A stretch of DNA of 64,000 bases from Candidatus Latescibacterota bacterium (GTDB taxonomy: Bacteria; Latescibacterota; CBDEFO01): NCBI GenBank assembly GCA_965248755.1, contig OZ252149.1, positions 160,001 through 224,000 on the forward strand. Reading direction: 5' to 3'. The notes beneath the pieces were generated by a model that was given only the letters and a program-made list of their open reading frames with translations, had not been told where the DNA came from and did no database searches. The translations under genes were made by a program, and so were the position numbers. Shown here piece by piece: positions 10,317 through 22,769 of this stretch; position 1 is the stretch's first letter, and every line of letters starts with the position of its first letter.

Positions 10317-12980
10317 TCATCCCCCTGATTGTTGGATCAGCTTCGCCACCAGGCCCGTCCAGCCGGTCTGGTGGCTGGCGCCTAAGCCCGCGCCGCTGTC
10401 TCCGTGGAAGTACTCGTTGAAAAGGATAAGATCACGCCAATGGGGGTCTTCCTGGAAAATGCGCTGCCCGCCGTAAATGGGCCGCTCCCCCGCGTCATTG
10501 CAGAGGAAGAGTCGCATCAGTCGTTTGGATAGCTCCGAGGCAACCTCGCCCAGGGTCATCATCTCTCCAGATCCTGTGGGACACTCCACCTTCAGGTCGT
10601 CACCGTAGTAGTGATGGAATTTTTGCAGGGATTCTATTATCAGGTAGTTGATCGGGAACCAGATGGGGCCACGCCAGTTTGAGTTGCCGCCGAAGAGGCC
10701 GCTTTCAGACTCGGCCGGTTGGTAGCTTACCGTGTGGGCGTGACCATCGACGTAGAAACTGTAGGGGTGGGCATGGTGATATTTTGAAACAGACCGAATG
10801 CCATAATCAGAGAGAAACTCATTTTCGTCGAGCATCCTGTGTAAGACTCGCACTAACTGCTCCCGGGTTAAGATAGCCAACAGCCGTCGCTCGCCGACGC
10901 CGGAGACATCGATGCTGGCCATGTTGCCGCTCAGATGGGGGCGATTGTCCACAAACCAGTGCAGCCGCCGGTTGAAATCAGGGATTGTTTCCAGGACTTC
11001 CGGCTCGATGGTCTCGACCGTGAAGAGGGGCAGCAAGCCGACCAATGAGCGAACCTTCAGCGGAATGATGCTGCCGTCCGGCAGGTGGAGCGCATCGTAG
11101 AAAAAGCCATCTTCCTCATCCCACAGGCCATGCTCTTGCCCACCGCAATTGGTCATCGCGTGGGCGATGCGCAGAAAGTGTTCAAAGAACTTGGTGGCCG
11201 TGTCCTGGTAGACGGGGTTCTCCCGGGCCAATTCCAGGGCTATCTTCAACATCGTCAGGCAGTAGGCCCCCATCCAGGCCGTGCTGTCCGACTGGTCGAT
11301 GTGCCCCCCGGTGGGCAAAGAAGTGCTGCGGTCAAAGACAGCGATGTTATCCAGGCCCAGAAAGCCACCCTGGAAAATGTTGTTGCCGTCCTCGTCTTTG
11401 CGGTTCACCCACCAAGTAAAGTTCAGGAGCAGCTTGTGGAAAACGCTTTCCAGGAAGTCGCGGTCAGGGCGTCCCTGCTGCTTGGCCTCGATTTTGTAGA
11501 CCCGCCAGATGGCCCACGCGTGCACCGGAGGATTGACATCACCGAAGGCCCACTCATAAGCCGGTAACTGGCCGTTGGGATGCATATACCACTCGCGGCT
11601 CATCAATTCCAGTTGCCGCTTGGCAAAATCGGGATCAACCAGGGCCAGGGAAATACAATGAAAAGCCAGGTCCCATGTCGCGTACCAGGGATACTCCCAC
11701 TTGTCGGGCATAGAGATCACATCGAAGTTGGTGAGATGCTCCCAGTCGTGGTTGCGCCTGTGCCGGCGAGAGGCTGGCGATGGCGCTGTTCCCGGATCGC
11801 CGTTGAGCCATTGTTCAACGTCGTAGTAATAAAGCTGCTTAGACCAGAGCATGCCGGCCAGGGCCTGGCGCTGCACCCCTCTCTCGTCCTCCCCCAGATT
11901 TGGGTTTTGAACGGCGGCGTAGAATTCGTCCGCTTCGTTCATGCGCTGCTCGAATACTTTGTCGAAGTTCTGGAAAGGCACTTTGCCGGCAATATTTGAG
12001 AGGCGCAGGCGGAGGGTTAGCGACTCGCCTGGAGCAATAGTGCCGCCGTACAGCGCTGTGACTTTGGTGCCTTGTCGGTTGGAGTTGACCGCCGCTACCT
12101 CACCGTCGATGAGATAGCTGCCAAACGCGTCTTTGACGTAGGGGCTGGCGTTGGGTAGACCGTAGAGCCGCTCGGCGTTCGTCTCGTTGTCGGTGAAGAG
12201 GAGGTCGGGTTCACCCTCGGCGTAGAGATAGTGAGTCCCGGCGGTTGGGTGACTGGCCTTGACTGAGGACACACCCTTGGGCCCTTCAATCTGCTGCAGA
12301 CCCGGTTTGCCTGACACGTCGTTCATCGGGCCGGCTTCGTAGCCCCAGCTCCAGGTGTTGCGGAACCAGAGCGTCGGCAGAACGCGGCAATCAGCCGCCT
12401 CCCGCCCGCGATTGATGACGGTGATGTTGATCAGGATGTCCTCCTGAGCGGCCTTGGCATATTCGATGAATATGTCGAAATAACGGTTGTCCGCGAAGAC
12501 CCCCGTGTCGAGTAGTTCGTACTCGGAATCGTGAAAGCCGCGCCGCCCGTTCTCAGCGACCAGATTGACGTAGGGAAAGGCGGACTGGGGATACTTGTAG
12601 AGCATCTTCATGTAGCTGTGGGTCGGCGTACTGTCGAGATAGAAATAATACTCCTTAACATCCTCGCCGTGGTTGCCCTCCTGTCCGGTCAGGCCGAACA
12701 ACCGCTCCTTGAGGATCGGATCCCGCCCATTCCAGAGGGCCAGCGCAAAACAAAGGTACTGATTGCGGTCGCAGATACCGGCCAGGCCGTCTTCATTCCA
12801 GCGATAGGCTTTGCTTCGGGCGTGGTCGTGGGGGAGGAAGTCCCAAGCCGTACCATACTCACTGTAATCTTCGCGCACCGTCCCCCAGGACCGCTCGCTC
12901 AGGTATGGTCCCCACTTCTTCCAGTTGGCTTTGCGCTCTCGGTGGGCGGCGAGCCGTTTGTGTTCAGCGGTATGTTTCAT
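10317..12980 (-). CDS. MGH1-like glycoside hydrolase (GH63 glucosidase)
   Basis: Motifs [67 protein letters not shown] before ATG at 12980. Confidence 0.92.
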   Translation of the reverse strand: MKHTAEHKRLAAHRERKANWKKWGPYLSERSWGTVREDYSEYGTAWDFLPHDHARSKAYRWNEDGLAGICDRNQYLCFALALWNGRDPILKERLFGLTGQEGNHGEDVKEYYFYLDSTPTHSYMKMLYKYPQSAFPYVNLVAENGRRGFHDSEYELLDTGVFADNRYFDIFIEYAKAAQEDILINITVINRGREAADCRVLPTLWFRNTWSWGYEAGPMNDVSGKPGLQQIEGPKGVSSVKASHPTAGTHYLYAEGEPDLLFTDNETNAERLYGLPNASPYVKDAFGSYLIDGEVAAVNSNRQGTKVTALYGGTIAPGESLTLRLRLSNIAGKVPFQNFDKVFEQRMNEADEFYAAVQNPNLGEDERGVQRQALAGMLWSKQLYYYDVEQWLNGDPGTAPSPASRRHRRNHDWEHLTNFDVISMPDKWEYPWYATWDLAFHCISLALVDPDFAKRQLELMSREWYMHPNGQLPAYEWAFGDVNPPVHAWAIWRVYKIEAKQQGRPDRDFLESVFHKLLLNFTWWVNRKDEDGNNIFQGGFLGLDNIAVFDRSTSLPTGGHIDQSDSTAWMGAYCLTMLKIALELARENPVYQDTATKFFEHFLRIAHAMTNCGGQEHGLWDEEDGFFYDALHLPDGSIIPLKVRSLVGLLPLFTVETIEPEVLETIPDFNRRLHWFVDNRPHLSGNMASIDVSGVGERRLLAILTREQLVRVLHRMLDENEFLSDYGIRSVSKYHHAHPYSFYVDGHAHTVSYQPAESESGLFGGNSNWRGPIWFPINYLIIESLQKFHHYYGDDLKVECPTGSGEMMTLGEVASELSKRLMRLFLCNDAGERPIYGGQRIFQEDPHWRDLILFNEYFHGDSGAGLGASHQTGWTGLVAKLIQQSGG

Positions 12981-13045
12981 GGTGCACTCCTCCGTATTCA
13001 GCCAGTGATTCACGTGAAATGTGATGTGTGAATAACTCTTACTTA

Positions 13046-15073
13046 TCACGCATCAGGTAACTCTCTCCAGGCCCGCAGCACCTCCGACACGCTCCAGCCC
13101 TGAGCGAAACATCCGCGCGCCGTGTGGGGAGGGTCGCCGTCGAAAATCTCGCTGATGGAGCCCACACAGGCGTCGAACAGGTGGTATTCCAAGCCGGATA
13201 AGAAGGACTGTGCAAGGGTCACGTCGCCGTAGACCCGGTAGTGGGCGGCCACGAACGGGCCGAGAATCCAGCCCCAGACGGTGCCCTGGTGATAGGCGCC
13301 GTCGCGTTGGAGGGAGCCACCACCGTAGTGCCCCGTGTAGGCCGGGTCTTCATCTGCCAAGCTGCGTAAGCCGTGAGAAGTCAAGAGATGACGGGCGCAG
13401 ATGTCGACGACGGCTTGGGCCTGGGTGTCGCTCAGCAACGAGAAAGGCAGGGAGACGGCGAAAATCTGGTTGGGACGTATGCTGCGGTCGTACCGTTTTC
13501 CATTGGGACCAGGGGCTCCTTCCGGGCCATCAATGACGTCGTACAGGTACCTGCCCGCCTCAAACCAGAACCGCTTTCGAAAGATGTTGGCCATCAGATC
13601 GGCCTGCTCGCGGTACTGCTTGGCTGCTTTCAACTTGCGCAGTCGCTCCGACAGGTCTGCCATCACCCGCAGGGCGTTGTGCCACAGGGCATTGACCTCG
13701 ACCGGCTTGCCGATACGGGGAGTGACCACCCAATCGCCCACTTTGGCATCCATCCAGGTCAATTGTACCCCCGGCTCACCGGCAAAGAGCAGGCCATCGG
13801 TGGGGTCAACGTGGATGTTGTAGCGAGTGCCGCGTCTGTGCCAGTCAATAATGTCGGCCAGGGTCGGATAGAGTTCTCTGGCCAGGGTTATGTCACCTGT
13901 GTGAAGCAAGTGCTGGTGGATGGCGTGGAAATACCAGAGGGTGGCATCAACCGTGTTATACTCCGGTGGCTCGCCGGTATCGGGGAAGCGGTTGGGCAGC
14001 ATCCCTTGGCTCACGTGCCCAGCGAAGGTGCGCAGGATGCTGGCGGCGACCTCGGGCCGTTTCGTGGAGAGGGTCAGCCCCGGCAGCGCGATCATCGTAT
14101 CACGTCCCCAGTCGCCGAACCAGGGATAACCAGCGATCACGGTCTTCATTTCTTCAGTGCCACTTGAAGGGCTCTCGTCTCCATGTGCACGTTGCACAAT
14201 GAACTGGTCGGCGGCCAGCGCCAGGTGGCTGATCCAAGCCGGTTCGTCGACGGATGTGTCTGCCAATAGCGCGGCTTGTCGCTGGCGCTCCTGTTGCAGT
14301 GCCTCGAGCCCGATTTGGGTCTCGGCTATCTCCGCCGAACAAACGACGGTGAGTGTCTCGCCAGGGTTGAGGATCACGTTGAAATGACCCGGTGCGAAGA
14401 GGTCTTCGGTATCATCCAGTCCCCGGTAGCTTTCAAGCCGGTGCTTGAAGTTAAAGTACCAATCTCCAGTAGGGCAAAATTCACCCCGGTCGGCTACGAC
14501 CCGATAAGGCCGAGCGCCATCAAAGGCCTTGACTTCAAAGCCCCCGGTCACAGGATCATACGCAAGATGCCAGTCTCCGTGACGATGGCTGTGGTAGTCA
14601 CGATAGGTGCAGAGGGGAGTCAGCCGCAACGATAGAGGGTTTGCAGCCCTGGTCAGGGTGTAAGTGATGTAGGTTATATTGTGTCCGTAGGCCATCCAGA
14701 CTCGTTGCTCCAGGCGAGCATCGGCCAGAGCATAGACCCAAACCGGGATCAGGCCCTCCAGATGAAACGTTTCCAGGTGCCGATAACCGTGCGGATCAAT
14801 AGTGCCGTCGGCGAACTCGTTGACGAAGAGGGGATAGGGCTTATCATTGTACTCAGCAACCGCATCGATCTTGGCCACTAACACAGTCCGTTCCAGGGGA
14901 GGGCGGAGGGCGGCCACGAGCAGGCCGTGGTAGCGACGGGTGTTAGCCCCGCTCACGGTGCCCGCCCCGAACCCGCCCAGGCCATTGGTGACCAGCCATT
15001 CTTTATCGAAAGCTCTCTCAAAGCGACCACATTCGGCCCGCCCTAAAGCAATATATCGTGCAGGTTGTTCCAT
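13046..15073 (-). CDS. Amylo-alpha-1,6-glucosidase (glycogen debranching enzyme, GH133-type)
   Basis: Motifs [41 protein letters not shown]; start placed at ATG 15073 by the RBS. Confidence 0.92.
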   Translation of the reverse strand: MEQPARYIALGRAECGRFERAFDKEWLVTNGLGGFGAGTVSGANTRRYHGLLVAALRPPLERTVLVAKIDAVAEYNDKPYPLFVNEFADGTIDPHGYRHLETFHLEGLIPVWVYALADARLEQRVWMAYGHNITYITYTLTRAANPLSLRLTPLCTYRDYHSHRHGDWHLAYDPVTGGFEVKAFDGARPYRVVADRGEFCPTGDWYFNFKHRLESYRGLDDTEDLFAPGHFNVILNPGETLTVVCSAEIAETQIGLEALQQERQRQAALLADTSVDEPAWISHLALAADQFIVQRAHGDESPSSGTEEMKTVIAGYPWFGDWGRDTMIALPGLTLSTKRPEVAASILRTFAGHVSQGMLPNRFPDTGEPPEYNTVDATLWYFHAIHQHLLHTGDITLARELYPTLADIIDWHRRGTRYNIHVDPTDGLLFAGEPGVQLTWMDAKVGDWVVTPRIGKPVEVNALWHNALRVMADLSERLRKLKAAKQYREQADLMANIFRKRFWFEAGRYLYDVIDGPEGAPGPNGKRYDRSIRPNQIFAVSLPFSLLSDTQAQAVVDICARHLLTSHGLRSLADEDPAYTGHYGGGSLQRDGAYHQGTVWGWILGPFVAAHYRVYGDVTLAQSFLSGLEYHLFDACVGSISEIFDGDPPHTARGCFAQGWSVSEVLRAWRELPDA

Positions 15074-15089
15074 CGACTCCCCCAGATAT

Positions 15090-15205
15090 ACAAATACCGC
15101 CAGGTCCGGATGCACCGTCTTTATCTGTTGCAAGGCCGCTTTGACATCTGAGGCGACCACAACGCGGTACCCCTCGTCCTCAACCGGCATCGTGAACAAG
15201 CCCAT
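15090..15205 (-). pseudogene. Possible response-regulator receiver remnant
   Basis: EDEGYRVVVASDVKAALQQIKTVHPDLAVF matches the REC segment EGYxVxxAxDGxxAL...PDL. Confidence 0.5.
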
Positions 15206-15247
15206 CCAGATGACCGGATAGACGTTATTATGTCTGCAGGCGATCTT

Positions 15248-16000
15248 TCAGTCCGTTGGTCCTAAAGCTGCTTCATCGAGAAACCAGACGGTTCCTCCTC
15301 TGCCACTGGAGCGGGTCATGGCGGCGGGATACCACTCCCTTGCCCTCTTCGGGTCTCTCAGGATCGTTTGCACGACCTTCTGTTTTTCGGATCCTGACAC
15401 AAGAAGAAACATGTGTCTTGCGCGGTTGAGCACTGGCAGTGTCAACGTGACTCGGCTGCGTATCGCGTACTCCGCAGGGGCGTGAACAGGTTTAACCCAG
15501 CGTCCCTGCTCCTGCAAGACGCTGTCGCCCGGGAACAGCGAGGCTGTGTGGCCGTCTGCCCCCACCCCAAGCAGGACCACATCCAGGACAGGAGACGTGT
15601 GGCCAAGGAATTCACGGAGTGTTATCTCGTAAGCTTCGGCCGCTCTTTCAGGGGTGTCCAGCTCGACGGGGATGCGATGCACCTGGTGCGGTGGGATCTG
15701 GATCTTTGAAATCAACGTCTCGTAGGCCATGCCGAAGTTGCTCTCGGGATGATCTGGAGGCACACAGCGCTCATCGCCCCAGAAGAGGTGAACCCCGCTC
15801 CAGGGAATGTGCTCACGATATGCCTCTGCCAGGATCTGATAGAGTTGCCTCGGCGTATTTCCTCCAGCCAAACCTAATGCAAAGCGACCTCTCTTAGCCA
15901 CGGCTATGAGGGCCAGCTCCCCCAGCCTTTCTGCGGCTGCCCGGCTTAGGGACGCCAGGTCTGGATGCACACAGACCTCAGGGCTCACGTGATTTCCCAT
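15248..16000 (-). CDS. pgl: 6-phosphogluconolactonase
   Basis: Motifs LAGGNTP, FWGDERCVPPDHPESN, LLGVGADGHTASLFP. Confidence 0.95.
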   Translation of the reverse strand: MGNHVSPEVCVHPDLASLSRAAAERLGELALIAVAKRGRFALGLAGGNTPRQLYQILAEAYREHIPWSGVHLFWGDERCVPPDHPESNFGMAYETLISKIQIPPHQVHRIPVELDTPERAAEAYEITLREFLGHTSPVLDVVLLGVGADGHTASLFPGDSVLQEQGRWVKPVHAPAEYAIRSRVTLTLPVLNRARHMFLLVSGSEKQKVVQTILRDPKRAREWYPAAMTRSSGRGGTVWFLDEAALGPTD

Positions 16001-16235
16001 CGGTGTCTCCTCTTAGCCAGGAGGTTTCGACTTCAGCCTCGTGTACAAAGATCGTCTGATTCCCTTTCATGACATCCAGATCCGCTTTCCGGGCCACGCC
16101 AATGGTCAAACAGGGATCGATCAGAATCCCCTGGGCCGTCAGGTGGTAGACGGCCGGGAGCAGCTTACGGCGCGTGAGGTCGCCCGTCACGCCCAGGATC
16201 ACAAAGAGGTGGGGTTCGATACTGGCGTTGGGCAT
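15978..16235 (-). pseudogene. zwf: Glucose-6-phosphate dehydrogenase with large internal deletion
   Basis: N-terminal FVILGVTGDLTRRKLLPA is fused directly to C-terminal DVMKGNQTIFVHEAEVETSW. Confidence 0.85.
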
Positions 16236-16238
16236 GGA

Positions 16239-17147
16239 CTACAACTCCTCCTTGATCTCATGACCTCCGAACTGATGGCGCATAGCAGCCAGCAACTTGT
16301 CACTGAAAGGCGCTTTTTCTCGGGAGCGAAAACGACGCTCCAGCGCCAGGGTGATGACAGGAATGGAACAGTTCAATTCGATCGCCTCGACCACCGTCCA
16401 GCGTCCCTCACCAGAATCGGATACTTAGGCAGCGATGCCCTCCAGGGTGGGGTCCTCATCCTTCGCCTTTGCAGTCAGATCCAGCAGCCAGGAGCGCACC
16501 ACGCTGCCGTCACGCCAGATTTCAGCGATCTGGTGCAAGTCCAGGCCGAACTCTGTCTTGTGCTGCATCAATTCAAATCCCTCAGCATAAGCCTGCATCA
16601 GGCCATATTCGATGCCGTTGTGCACCATCTTCACGAAGTGGCCTGCGCCGTTGGGACCGACGTGCCCCCAACCCTTGTCTGACGCCGGGGCCAGCGTCTC
16701 GAAGATCGGGCGCAGCCGTTCTACAGATATTACCTCGCCGCCGACCATCAGACTGTAGCCCCCGGTCAGCCCCCACACGCCGCCACTGGTACCCACGTCC
16801 ACGAAATGCAGTTCCCTCTCTTGGAGCATGTCCGCACGCCGCAGCGAGTCCTTGTAATTGCTGTTGCCACCATCCACCACCGTGTCGCCGGGCGTTAGAT
16901 GCTCGGCCAGCTCCTTGATCGTCTGCTCCGTAGGGTCCCCGGCTGGCACCATGATCCACACGACTCGCGGCGTCTGCAATTGTTCCGTCACCTCGCCCAG
17001 GGTACACGCCCCTTCCGCGCCTTCGCCCTCGGCCGCCTGAATCGCAGACTCATTCAAATCGTAGGCAAAAACCTGGTGACCACCGCGCAGCAAGTGCGTG
17101 GTTATATTGGCACCCATCCTGCCTAAACCGACATTTCCAGTTCCCTA
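16239..17147 (-). pseudogene. gnd: Decarboxylating 6-phosphogluconate dehydrogenase, damaged start and internal stop
   Basis: GLGRMG and GAGHFVKMVHNGIEYG; TAA at 16425, then VSDSGEGRWTV...MRHQFGGH. Confidence 0.9.
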
Positions 17148-17225
17148 GCCTTGCTCCTTTCTTTAAAGGTCGATAGCGACCTGTTGATTGAGTTGGGTGA
17201 GGTCTACGTTCACTCTGCCCGCTCC

Positions 17226-17825
17226 TCAGTCTGGCTCCCGTTCCGCAGCCATCCGCCGTGCCACGGCGGTCAATGTGCTCGAATCGTCCACGATCCAGCG
17301 TTCGTCCAGACACTGTTCGGAGTGGACCGCCTGGCGGGCAAAGGGGGCGGTCACGGCAATACACCACATCTCTGTTGCTAACGTTGCCTTCACACCAGCG
17401 GGCGAATCCTCGATTACCAGACACTGGGCCGCGGGGATGCCCAGCTCACATGAAACCAAGAGATAGATTTCCGGGTCGGGCTCTCCCTGTTCCACGTCGT
17501 CGCGGCTGGCGACGAAGTCGAAGGCATTCCTCAGGTCTAGCACCTCCAGCACACGCCGCACCTGCACGAACGCCTGCCAGGGTGTGCTTACTCCAAATTC
17601 GGTCATACGCGCCCGGGCCGCATCTTTCAGACCGAACCGTTCCATTAACGCCGCGGCCACCTCCTGGCGCGAAAGGCCCACGACTTCTTTGAACGCCTCT
17701 ACAACCTGCGCTTCGGTGGGCATGCTGGGACAGAGTTCCACGGCGGTACGGGCATAGGAGATGGCTTTGAGCCGCTCTGCCTGCACCAATGTGCCGTCCA
17801 GATCAAAGATCATGTCCTGAATCAT
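17226..17825 (-). pseudogene. HAD-family phosphatase, probably internally deleted
   Basis: IFDLDGTL and VIEDSPAG present; motif II region missing and the KPxP lysine replaced (GEPDPEIY). Confidence 0.7.
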
Positions 17826-20629
17826 GCGAGCACCTCCACCAGGTGCTTCAATCCGCCAACGGCATCCTTACCCAGATGGAAGCGGATCAAACGCCGCCCG
17901 GCCTTCAGCAGCGCCTGCCGGTCGCCCAGGGCCTGAGCTGCCTTGAGCACGCCAAACGTGATGGACGATGACGACGCTCCTGCTTCATCGGGAATGGGAG
18001 TATCCTGAGGGTCATCGGCTGTGAACTGGATAAAGAGCCCATTGCCGGCATCGCCCTTGTGCAGTTGGCCGGTGGAGTGCAGGAAACGTGGTCCATATCC
18101 GACGGTTGTCGTCAGCCGCAGTCGATCGCGTATCCGGGTGCGCAGCTCTCGCAAAGCGGCGCTGGTCTCTTCAGCAGGCTGGACATAGGCGTGCAGGGCA
18201 ACGTAATCTCCCGGCCGGGCCTGGGCTAGGAACGCATTCATCGCACCTTCTATACTGTCTGCCACCGCATCTGTGTAAACCGTGATTCCGTCGGCCTCAA
18301 GCGCAGGGGTCAGCGTAGGCAACGTCCCCTCCCTCTGATAGGCCGCCACCATTTCGCGGGCTAGCACTTTGGCAGATTCCACATTGGGCTGGTCAAAGGG
18401 GTGAATCCCCAGCCGATGCCCGGCCACGGCAGTCGCCATCTCCCAGCGGAAGAACTCGCCGCCCAGATCGTACAGGTCTCGCAGATCGATCTGTATCATA
18501 GGATGGCCGGCCCCTATTAGGGCCTGTACGGCGTCATCGTAGGTCTCATCTCCATCCAGGTGCAGGTAGACGAAGAGGCGGTCGTTGCCGTACACATTGG
18601 GCGTCCCCAAGGACTCGCCATCAACAGGTAAGATGCCTTTGCCGTCCTTACCGGTGCTTTCGGCAATGAGCTGTTCCACCCAGGTGCCAAAGGCGGCGAG
18701 GGGCGGCGAGGCGATCAGCGTCAGTTTGTCCCGCCCGATATTGGCCAGTTCACCCATTGTGGTGCCCAGCTGAGCACCTGTATTATCCCCTTTTTCCGGG
18801 CAGTTGCATCCCTCGCAATTGCACACGGCTGTCATTGCCCGGTCGAGCAGGGACGCCGCGTCCATACCGATCAGCGCTGCCGGCACCAGCCCGAAATGGG
18901 AAAGTGCCGAGTAGCGCCCGCCAATGTTCGGGTCGTTGAGGAATGTGGCCCGGAAATGATACTGCCCGGCCAGGTCGGCCAGTTTGCTACCGGGGTCGGT
19001 GATGGCGATAAAGTGCTCTCCGGCTCGGTCTGCGCTTACTGCTTCTGTGACTCTGTTGTAGAAATACTTGAAGAATGAGAGCGTCTCCACTGTGCCGCCC
19101 GATTTAGTGGAGACTATGAAGAGGGTGTGGGCCGGATCAAGCCGCTCGGCCTGGGCCAGCACGGCAGCCGGGTCGGTGCTGTCCAGCACAGCTAGGTCCA
19201 GATAGCCCGGCGCTACCACAAAGGTTTTGCGAAAGACCTCCGGAGCCAGGCTGGAGCCGCCCATCCCCAGCAGCAGGGCATGCGTGTAGCCGTCTCTGCG
19301 CACGGCATCCACGAATTGATGGATCTGCGGAAGCTGCTCCATCATCACATCCGGGCTGTGCAACCAGCCCAGCCGGTTGTCAATCTCAGCAGGATCCGGC
19401 TTCCAGACGGTGTGATCGTACGCCCAGATGCGGTCCATCACCCGGTTGGCTTTCAGGTCGGCCAGGGCCGCGTCGAGACCCACCTGATGGTCACCCAGCC
19501 TTGCTGTATAGCCTTTCTGTCCTGCCAGCAGGCGATCCCGTTTTTCGGCAATGCTGGCCATCAGGGTTTCGAAGGATCTGGTAAAGGCCGCCACACCATC
19601 GTCCTGCAGCTTCTGGGTGATGGCGTTCAGGTCGATTGCCAAATCCTCTAACTGAGCCAGTTGGGCCTCCGCCTCGTCCTGACCCTTGGTGAGCGTTTCC
19701 GAGACCGTGCCGTGATCACGAAATGCATTAAGGGTCGCCGGTGGCACGGTATTCACAGTATCGGGGCCGATCAAATGGTCCACATAGAGTGCCTCCGGAT
19801 ACAGGGAATTCTTGGTGCCGGTGCTGGCCCACAAGGGTCGCTGCACCCGCGCACCCTGGGCCGCCAGCTCATCCCAGCGGGGACCGCTGAATATCTCCCG
19901 AAAGGTTGCATAGACTGCTTTGGCATTGGCAATGGCAATTTTGCCCCTTAAACTTAAACCTGCCGCAAGCGATTCATCCTCGACATGCGCCAGCGCCTCA
20001 TCTATCGTTGTATCCACCCGGCTGACGAACAGGGAGGCCACCGAGGCTACCTGACTCAAGTCGGCAGTGCTGGCCGTCCGCTTTTCCAGGCCGGCCAGAT
20101 ACGCATATGCCACAGCCTTGTAGTGCGCCAGAGAGAAGATCAGTGTGACGTTGACGTTGATGCCCTCGCCGATGAGCGTCTCGATAGCCGGGATGCCGGC
20201 AGGCGTGGCCGGCACCTTGATCATCACGTTTGGCCGCTCCAGTGCGGCAAAGAGACGCCGCGCTTCAGCAATCGTGCCGCTCGTGTCGTGCGCCAGCGTT
20301 GGACTGACCTCCAGGCTGACGTAGCCGTCGGCGCCGTCCGTCGCCTCATACACCGGGTGCAACAGACCAGCGGCGCGCACGATATCATCCAGCACCAGGG
20401 CCTCGTAAATTTCGTTAATAGACTTCCCCGCTGTCACCAACTTTTGCAGATCTTCGTCATAGTCCACACTTCCGGCGATGGCCTTCTCAAAGATCGTTGG
20501 GTTTGAGGTGACACCGCGAACTCCTTCGTCAATCAATGACTGCAACTCTCCTGAGGTGATGAAAGCACGACGAATGTAATCGTACCAAATGGATTGGCCC
20601 AGTTGGGCCAGTTTGTGTAAGTTCCCCAT
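17822..20629 (-). CDS. tal-pgi: Bifunctional transaldolase/phosphoglucose isomerase
   Basis: Tal motifs GVTSNPTIF, MIKVPAT, LWASTGTK; Pgi motifs GMGGSSL, IGGRYSALS, EQLIAESTGK, FDQPNVESAK. Confidence 0.95.
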   Translation of the reverse strand: MGNLHKLAQLGQSIWYDYIRRAFITSGELQSLIDEGVRGVTSNPTIFEKAIAGSVDYDEDLQKLVTAGKSINEIYEALVLDDIVRAAGLLHPVYEATDGADGYVSLEVSPTLAHDTSGTIAEARRLFAALERPNVMIKVPATPAGIPAIETLIGEGINVNVTLIFSLAHYKAVAYAYLAGLEKRTASTADLSQVASVASLFVSRVDTTIDEALAHVEDESLAAGLSLRGKIAIANAKAVYATFREIFSGPRWDELAAQGARVQRPLWASTGTKNSLYPEALYVDHLIGPDTVNTVPPATLNAFRDHGTVSETLTKGQDEAEAQLAQLEDLAIDLNAITQKLQDDGVAAFTRSFETLMASIAEKRDRLLAGQKGYTARLGDHQVGLDAALADLKANRVMDRIWAYDHTVWKPDPAEIDNRLGWLHSPDVMMEQLPQIHQFVDAVRRDGYTHALLLGMGGSSLAPEVFRKTFVVAPGYLDLAVLDSTDPAAVLAQAERLDPAHTLFIVSTKSGGTVETLSFFKYFYNRVTEAVSADRAGEHFIAITDPGSKLADLAGQYHFRATFLNDPNIGGRYSALSHFGLVPAALIGMDAASLLDRAMTAVCNCEGCNCPEKGDNTGAQLGTTMGELANIGRDKLTLIASPPLAAFGTWVEQLIAESTGKDGKGILPVDGESLGTPNVYGNDRLFVYLHLDGDETYDDAVQALIGAGHPMIQIDLRDLYDLGGEFFRWEMATAVAGHRLGIHPFDQPNVESAKVLAREMVAAYQREGTLPTLTPALEADGITVYTDAVADSIEGAMNAFLAQARPGDYVALHAYVQPAEETSAALRELRTRIRDRLRLTTTVGYGPRFLHSTGQLHKGDAGNGLFIQFTADDPQDTPIPDEAGASSSSITFGVLKAAQALGDRQALLKAGRRLIRFHLGKDAVGGLKHLVEVLA

Positions 20630-20644
20630 GCTCCGTCCTCCTTC

Positions 20645-20684
20645 CCCCGATCCCCGATAGACTCAATCGAGGATTCAATCGGGG
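20645..20684. repeat. Nested pair of the 21-bp palindrome
   Basis: CCCCGAT[CCCCGATAGACTCAATCGAGG]ATTCAATCGGGG. Confidence 0.8.
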
Positions 20685-20685
20685 C

Positions 20686-22755
20686 TTAATCCTGCGCTAC
20701 TTTCGCCACCTGCTCCCTGGCGGTGGCGACCACGCGCTCGGGAGTAAAACCATACTTCCTTTGTAATTCCACCAGCGGTGCCGAAGCCCCGAAGGTGGAC
20801 ATACCGATGATCTGGCCTGTTGGTCCGACATATCGCTCCCAGCCCAGGGTGGAGGCCTGTTCCACGGAGACACGCGCCGTGATCTCCGGAGGGATAACAT
20901 GCTCCCGGTATGTTTGATCCTGTCGATCGAATAACTCCCAGGATGGCATGCTCACCACGCGGGCATGGATCCCATCGGCCATGAGCTGTTCATACGCTTG
21001 AACGCACAACGATACCTCACTGCCGCTGGCCAGCAGCAGGACATCGGGCTTGCCCCCGTCGGCATCGGCCAGCACGTAGGCGCCCTTCTGGACTCTGGAT
21101 GCCGGGGCGTATTTCGATCGATCCAGGGTGGGCAGCGGCTGCCGGCTGAGGATGAGAGCCGCCGGTTCGTGATGCAGCGCCATAATCACCCGCCAGGCCT
21201 CCACCACCTCGTTGGCATCGGCTGGCCGTAATGTAATCAGCCCCGGGATGGAGCGCAGCGAGGCCAACTGCTCCACTGGTTGGTGGGTGGGCCCATCTTC
21301 ACCTACACCGATAGAGTCGTGCGTGAAGATGTAAATGATGGGGATTTCCATAAGGGCGCTCAGCCGGATGGCGGGCCGGGAGTAATCGCTGAAGATCAGG
21401 AATCCGGAGCCATAGGGACGGATCTTGCAGAGCGACAGTCCGTTCAGAATAGCCGCCATCGCATGTTCACGGACACCGAAGTGAAGGTTGCGCCCCTGGT
21501 TGTGCTCAGCGGTGAAATCACCTGCCCCTTCGAACGTGAGGCGGGTCTTGGTCGAGGGCGTCAGGTCCGCCGAGCCGCCGATCAGCCAGGGCACGTTTTG
21601 GGCAAGGACGTTGAGCACCTGGCTGGAGGCGTCACGTCCGGCACTTCCCTTGGGGTCAGGTGAGAAGATGGGCAAGCCTTTGTCCCAGCCGTCGGGAAGC
21701 TGGCGGTGCTGCATCTTGTAGAGGTGATCGGCCAGCTCGGGATATTCCCTTTTGTAGTCTTCAAACCTAGTGAACCACGCCTCGCGCAGGGACTGCCCGC
21801 GCTTGCCCACACCCTCACCTAAATGCGCTCGGACCTCGTCGGGTACCCAGAACGCCTTATCCTCCGGCCAACCGTAGTTCCGTTTGGTCAGCCGGATCTC
21901 CTCCTCACCCAGGGGTTCGCCGTGAGCCGCGCTTGTGTCCTGCTTGTGGGGCGCCCCGTAGGCAATATGGCTGTCCACAACGATCAACGTGGGTCTGTCG
22001 GGCGTGATCTTGAACGTTCGGAAGGCGCGGTCGAGCATCTCCAGGTCGTTGGCGTCGCCTACGCGGGTCACGTTCCAGCCGTAGGCGATGAAGCGTGTTG
22101 CCACGTCTTCGGTGAAGGCCCAATCGGTGTGGCCCTCGATGGTGATCTTGTTGTTGTCGTAGATCCAGCACAGGTTCGAGAGTCGGAGGTGTCCGGCCAG
22201 CGAGGCGGCTTCCCCGGAGACGCCTTCCATCATACAGCCGTCGCCGCACAAAGTGTAGACATCATAATTGAACAGCTCAAAGTCCGGGCGATTGAAGTAT
22301 GCGGCCATCCAACGTCCGCCCAGGGCCATACCGACGCTGGTCGCCACACCCTGGCCCAGAGGGCCGGTTGTCGTCTCAACGCCGGATGTCCAACGATATT
22401 CCGGATGCCCAGGGCATCTGCTGCCGAGCTGGCGAAACCGTTTGATGTCGTCGAGCGTCACCGACGGTTCACCCAGTCGCTCGTATTTGGGGTTCACCGC
22501 CTTGACACCGCACAGGTACAGCGTGGAGTAAAGCAGCATCGAAGCGTGACCGATCGACAGCACGAATCGATCTCGATTTGGCCAGATCGGGTCTTCCGGA
22601 TCAAACCGCAAGAATCGCTGCCACAGGCAATAGACAACGGGCGCCATGGCCATAGCCGTGCCGGGATGACCCGAGTTGGCTTCCTGAACTGCGTCCATGG
22701 ACAGGGTCCGCATCGTGTTGATGGACAACTGATCGATATCTGGTTGCCGAGTCAT
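20686..22755 (-). CDS. tkt: Transketolase
   Basis: Motifs SGHPG, RDRFVLSIGH, GDGCMMEG, THDSIGVGEDGPTHQP; AGGAGAGG RBS before ATG 22755. Confidence 0.97.
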   Translation of the reverse strand: MTRQPDIDQLSINTMRTLSMDAVQEANSGHPGTAMAMAPVVYCLWQRFLRFDPEDPIWPNRDRFVLSIGHASMLLYSTLYLCGVKAVNPKYERLGEPSVTLDDIKRFRQLGSRCPGHPEYRWTSGVETTTGPLGQGVATSVGMALGGRWMAAYFNRPDFELFNYDVYTLCGDGCMMEGVSGEAASLAGHLRLSNLCWIYDNNKITIEGHTDWAFTEDVATRFIAYGWNVTRVGDANDLEMLDRAFRTFKITPDRPTLIVVDSHIAYGAPHKQDTSAAHGEPLGEEEIRLTKRNYGWPEDKAFWVPDEVRAHLGEGVGKRGQSLREAWFTRFEDYKREYPELADHLYKMQHRQLPDGWDKGLPIFSPDPKGSAGRDASSQVLNVLAQNVPWLIGGSADLTPSTKTRLTFEGAGDFTAEHNQGRNLHFGVREHAMAAILNGLSLCKIRPYGSGFLIFSDYSRPAIRLSALMEIPIIYIFTHDSIGVGEDGPTHQPVEQLASLRSIPGLITLRPADANEVVEAWRVIMALHHEPAALILSRQPLPTLDRSKYAPASRVQKGAYVLADADGGKPDVLLLASGSEVSLCVQAYEQLMADGIHARVVSMPSWELFDRQDQTYREHVIPPEITARVSVEQASTLGWERYVGPTGQIIGMSTFGASAPLVELQRKYGFTPERVVATAREQVAKVAQD

Positions 22756-22769
22756 TGAACCTCTCCTTT

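Noticed and set aside
16425..16427. Stop-codon recoding or readthrough in gnd and other genes
   Set aside because: The internal stops are mixed TAA and TAG single-base changes from Tyr, Gln or Glu codons and occur with other lesions; intact genes use all three stops.
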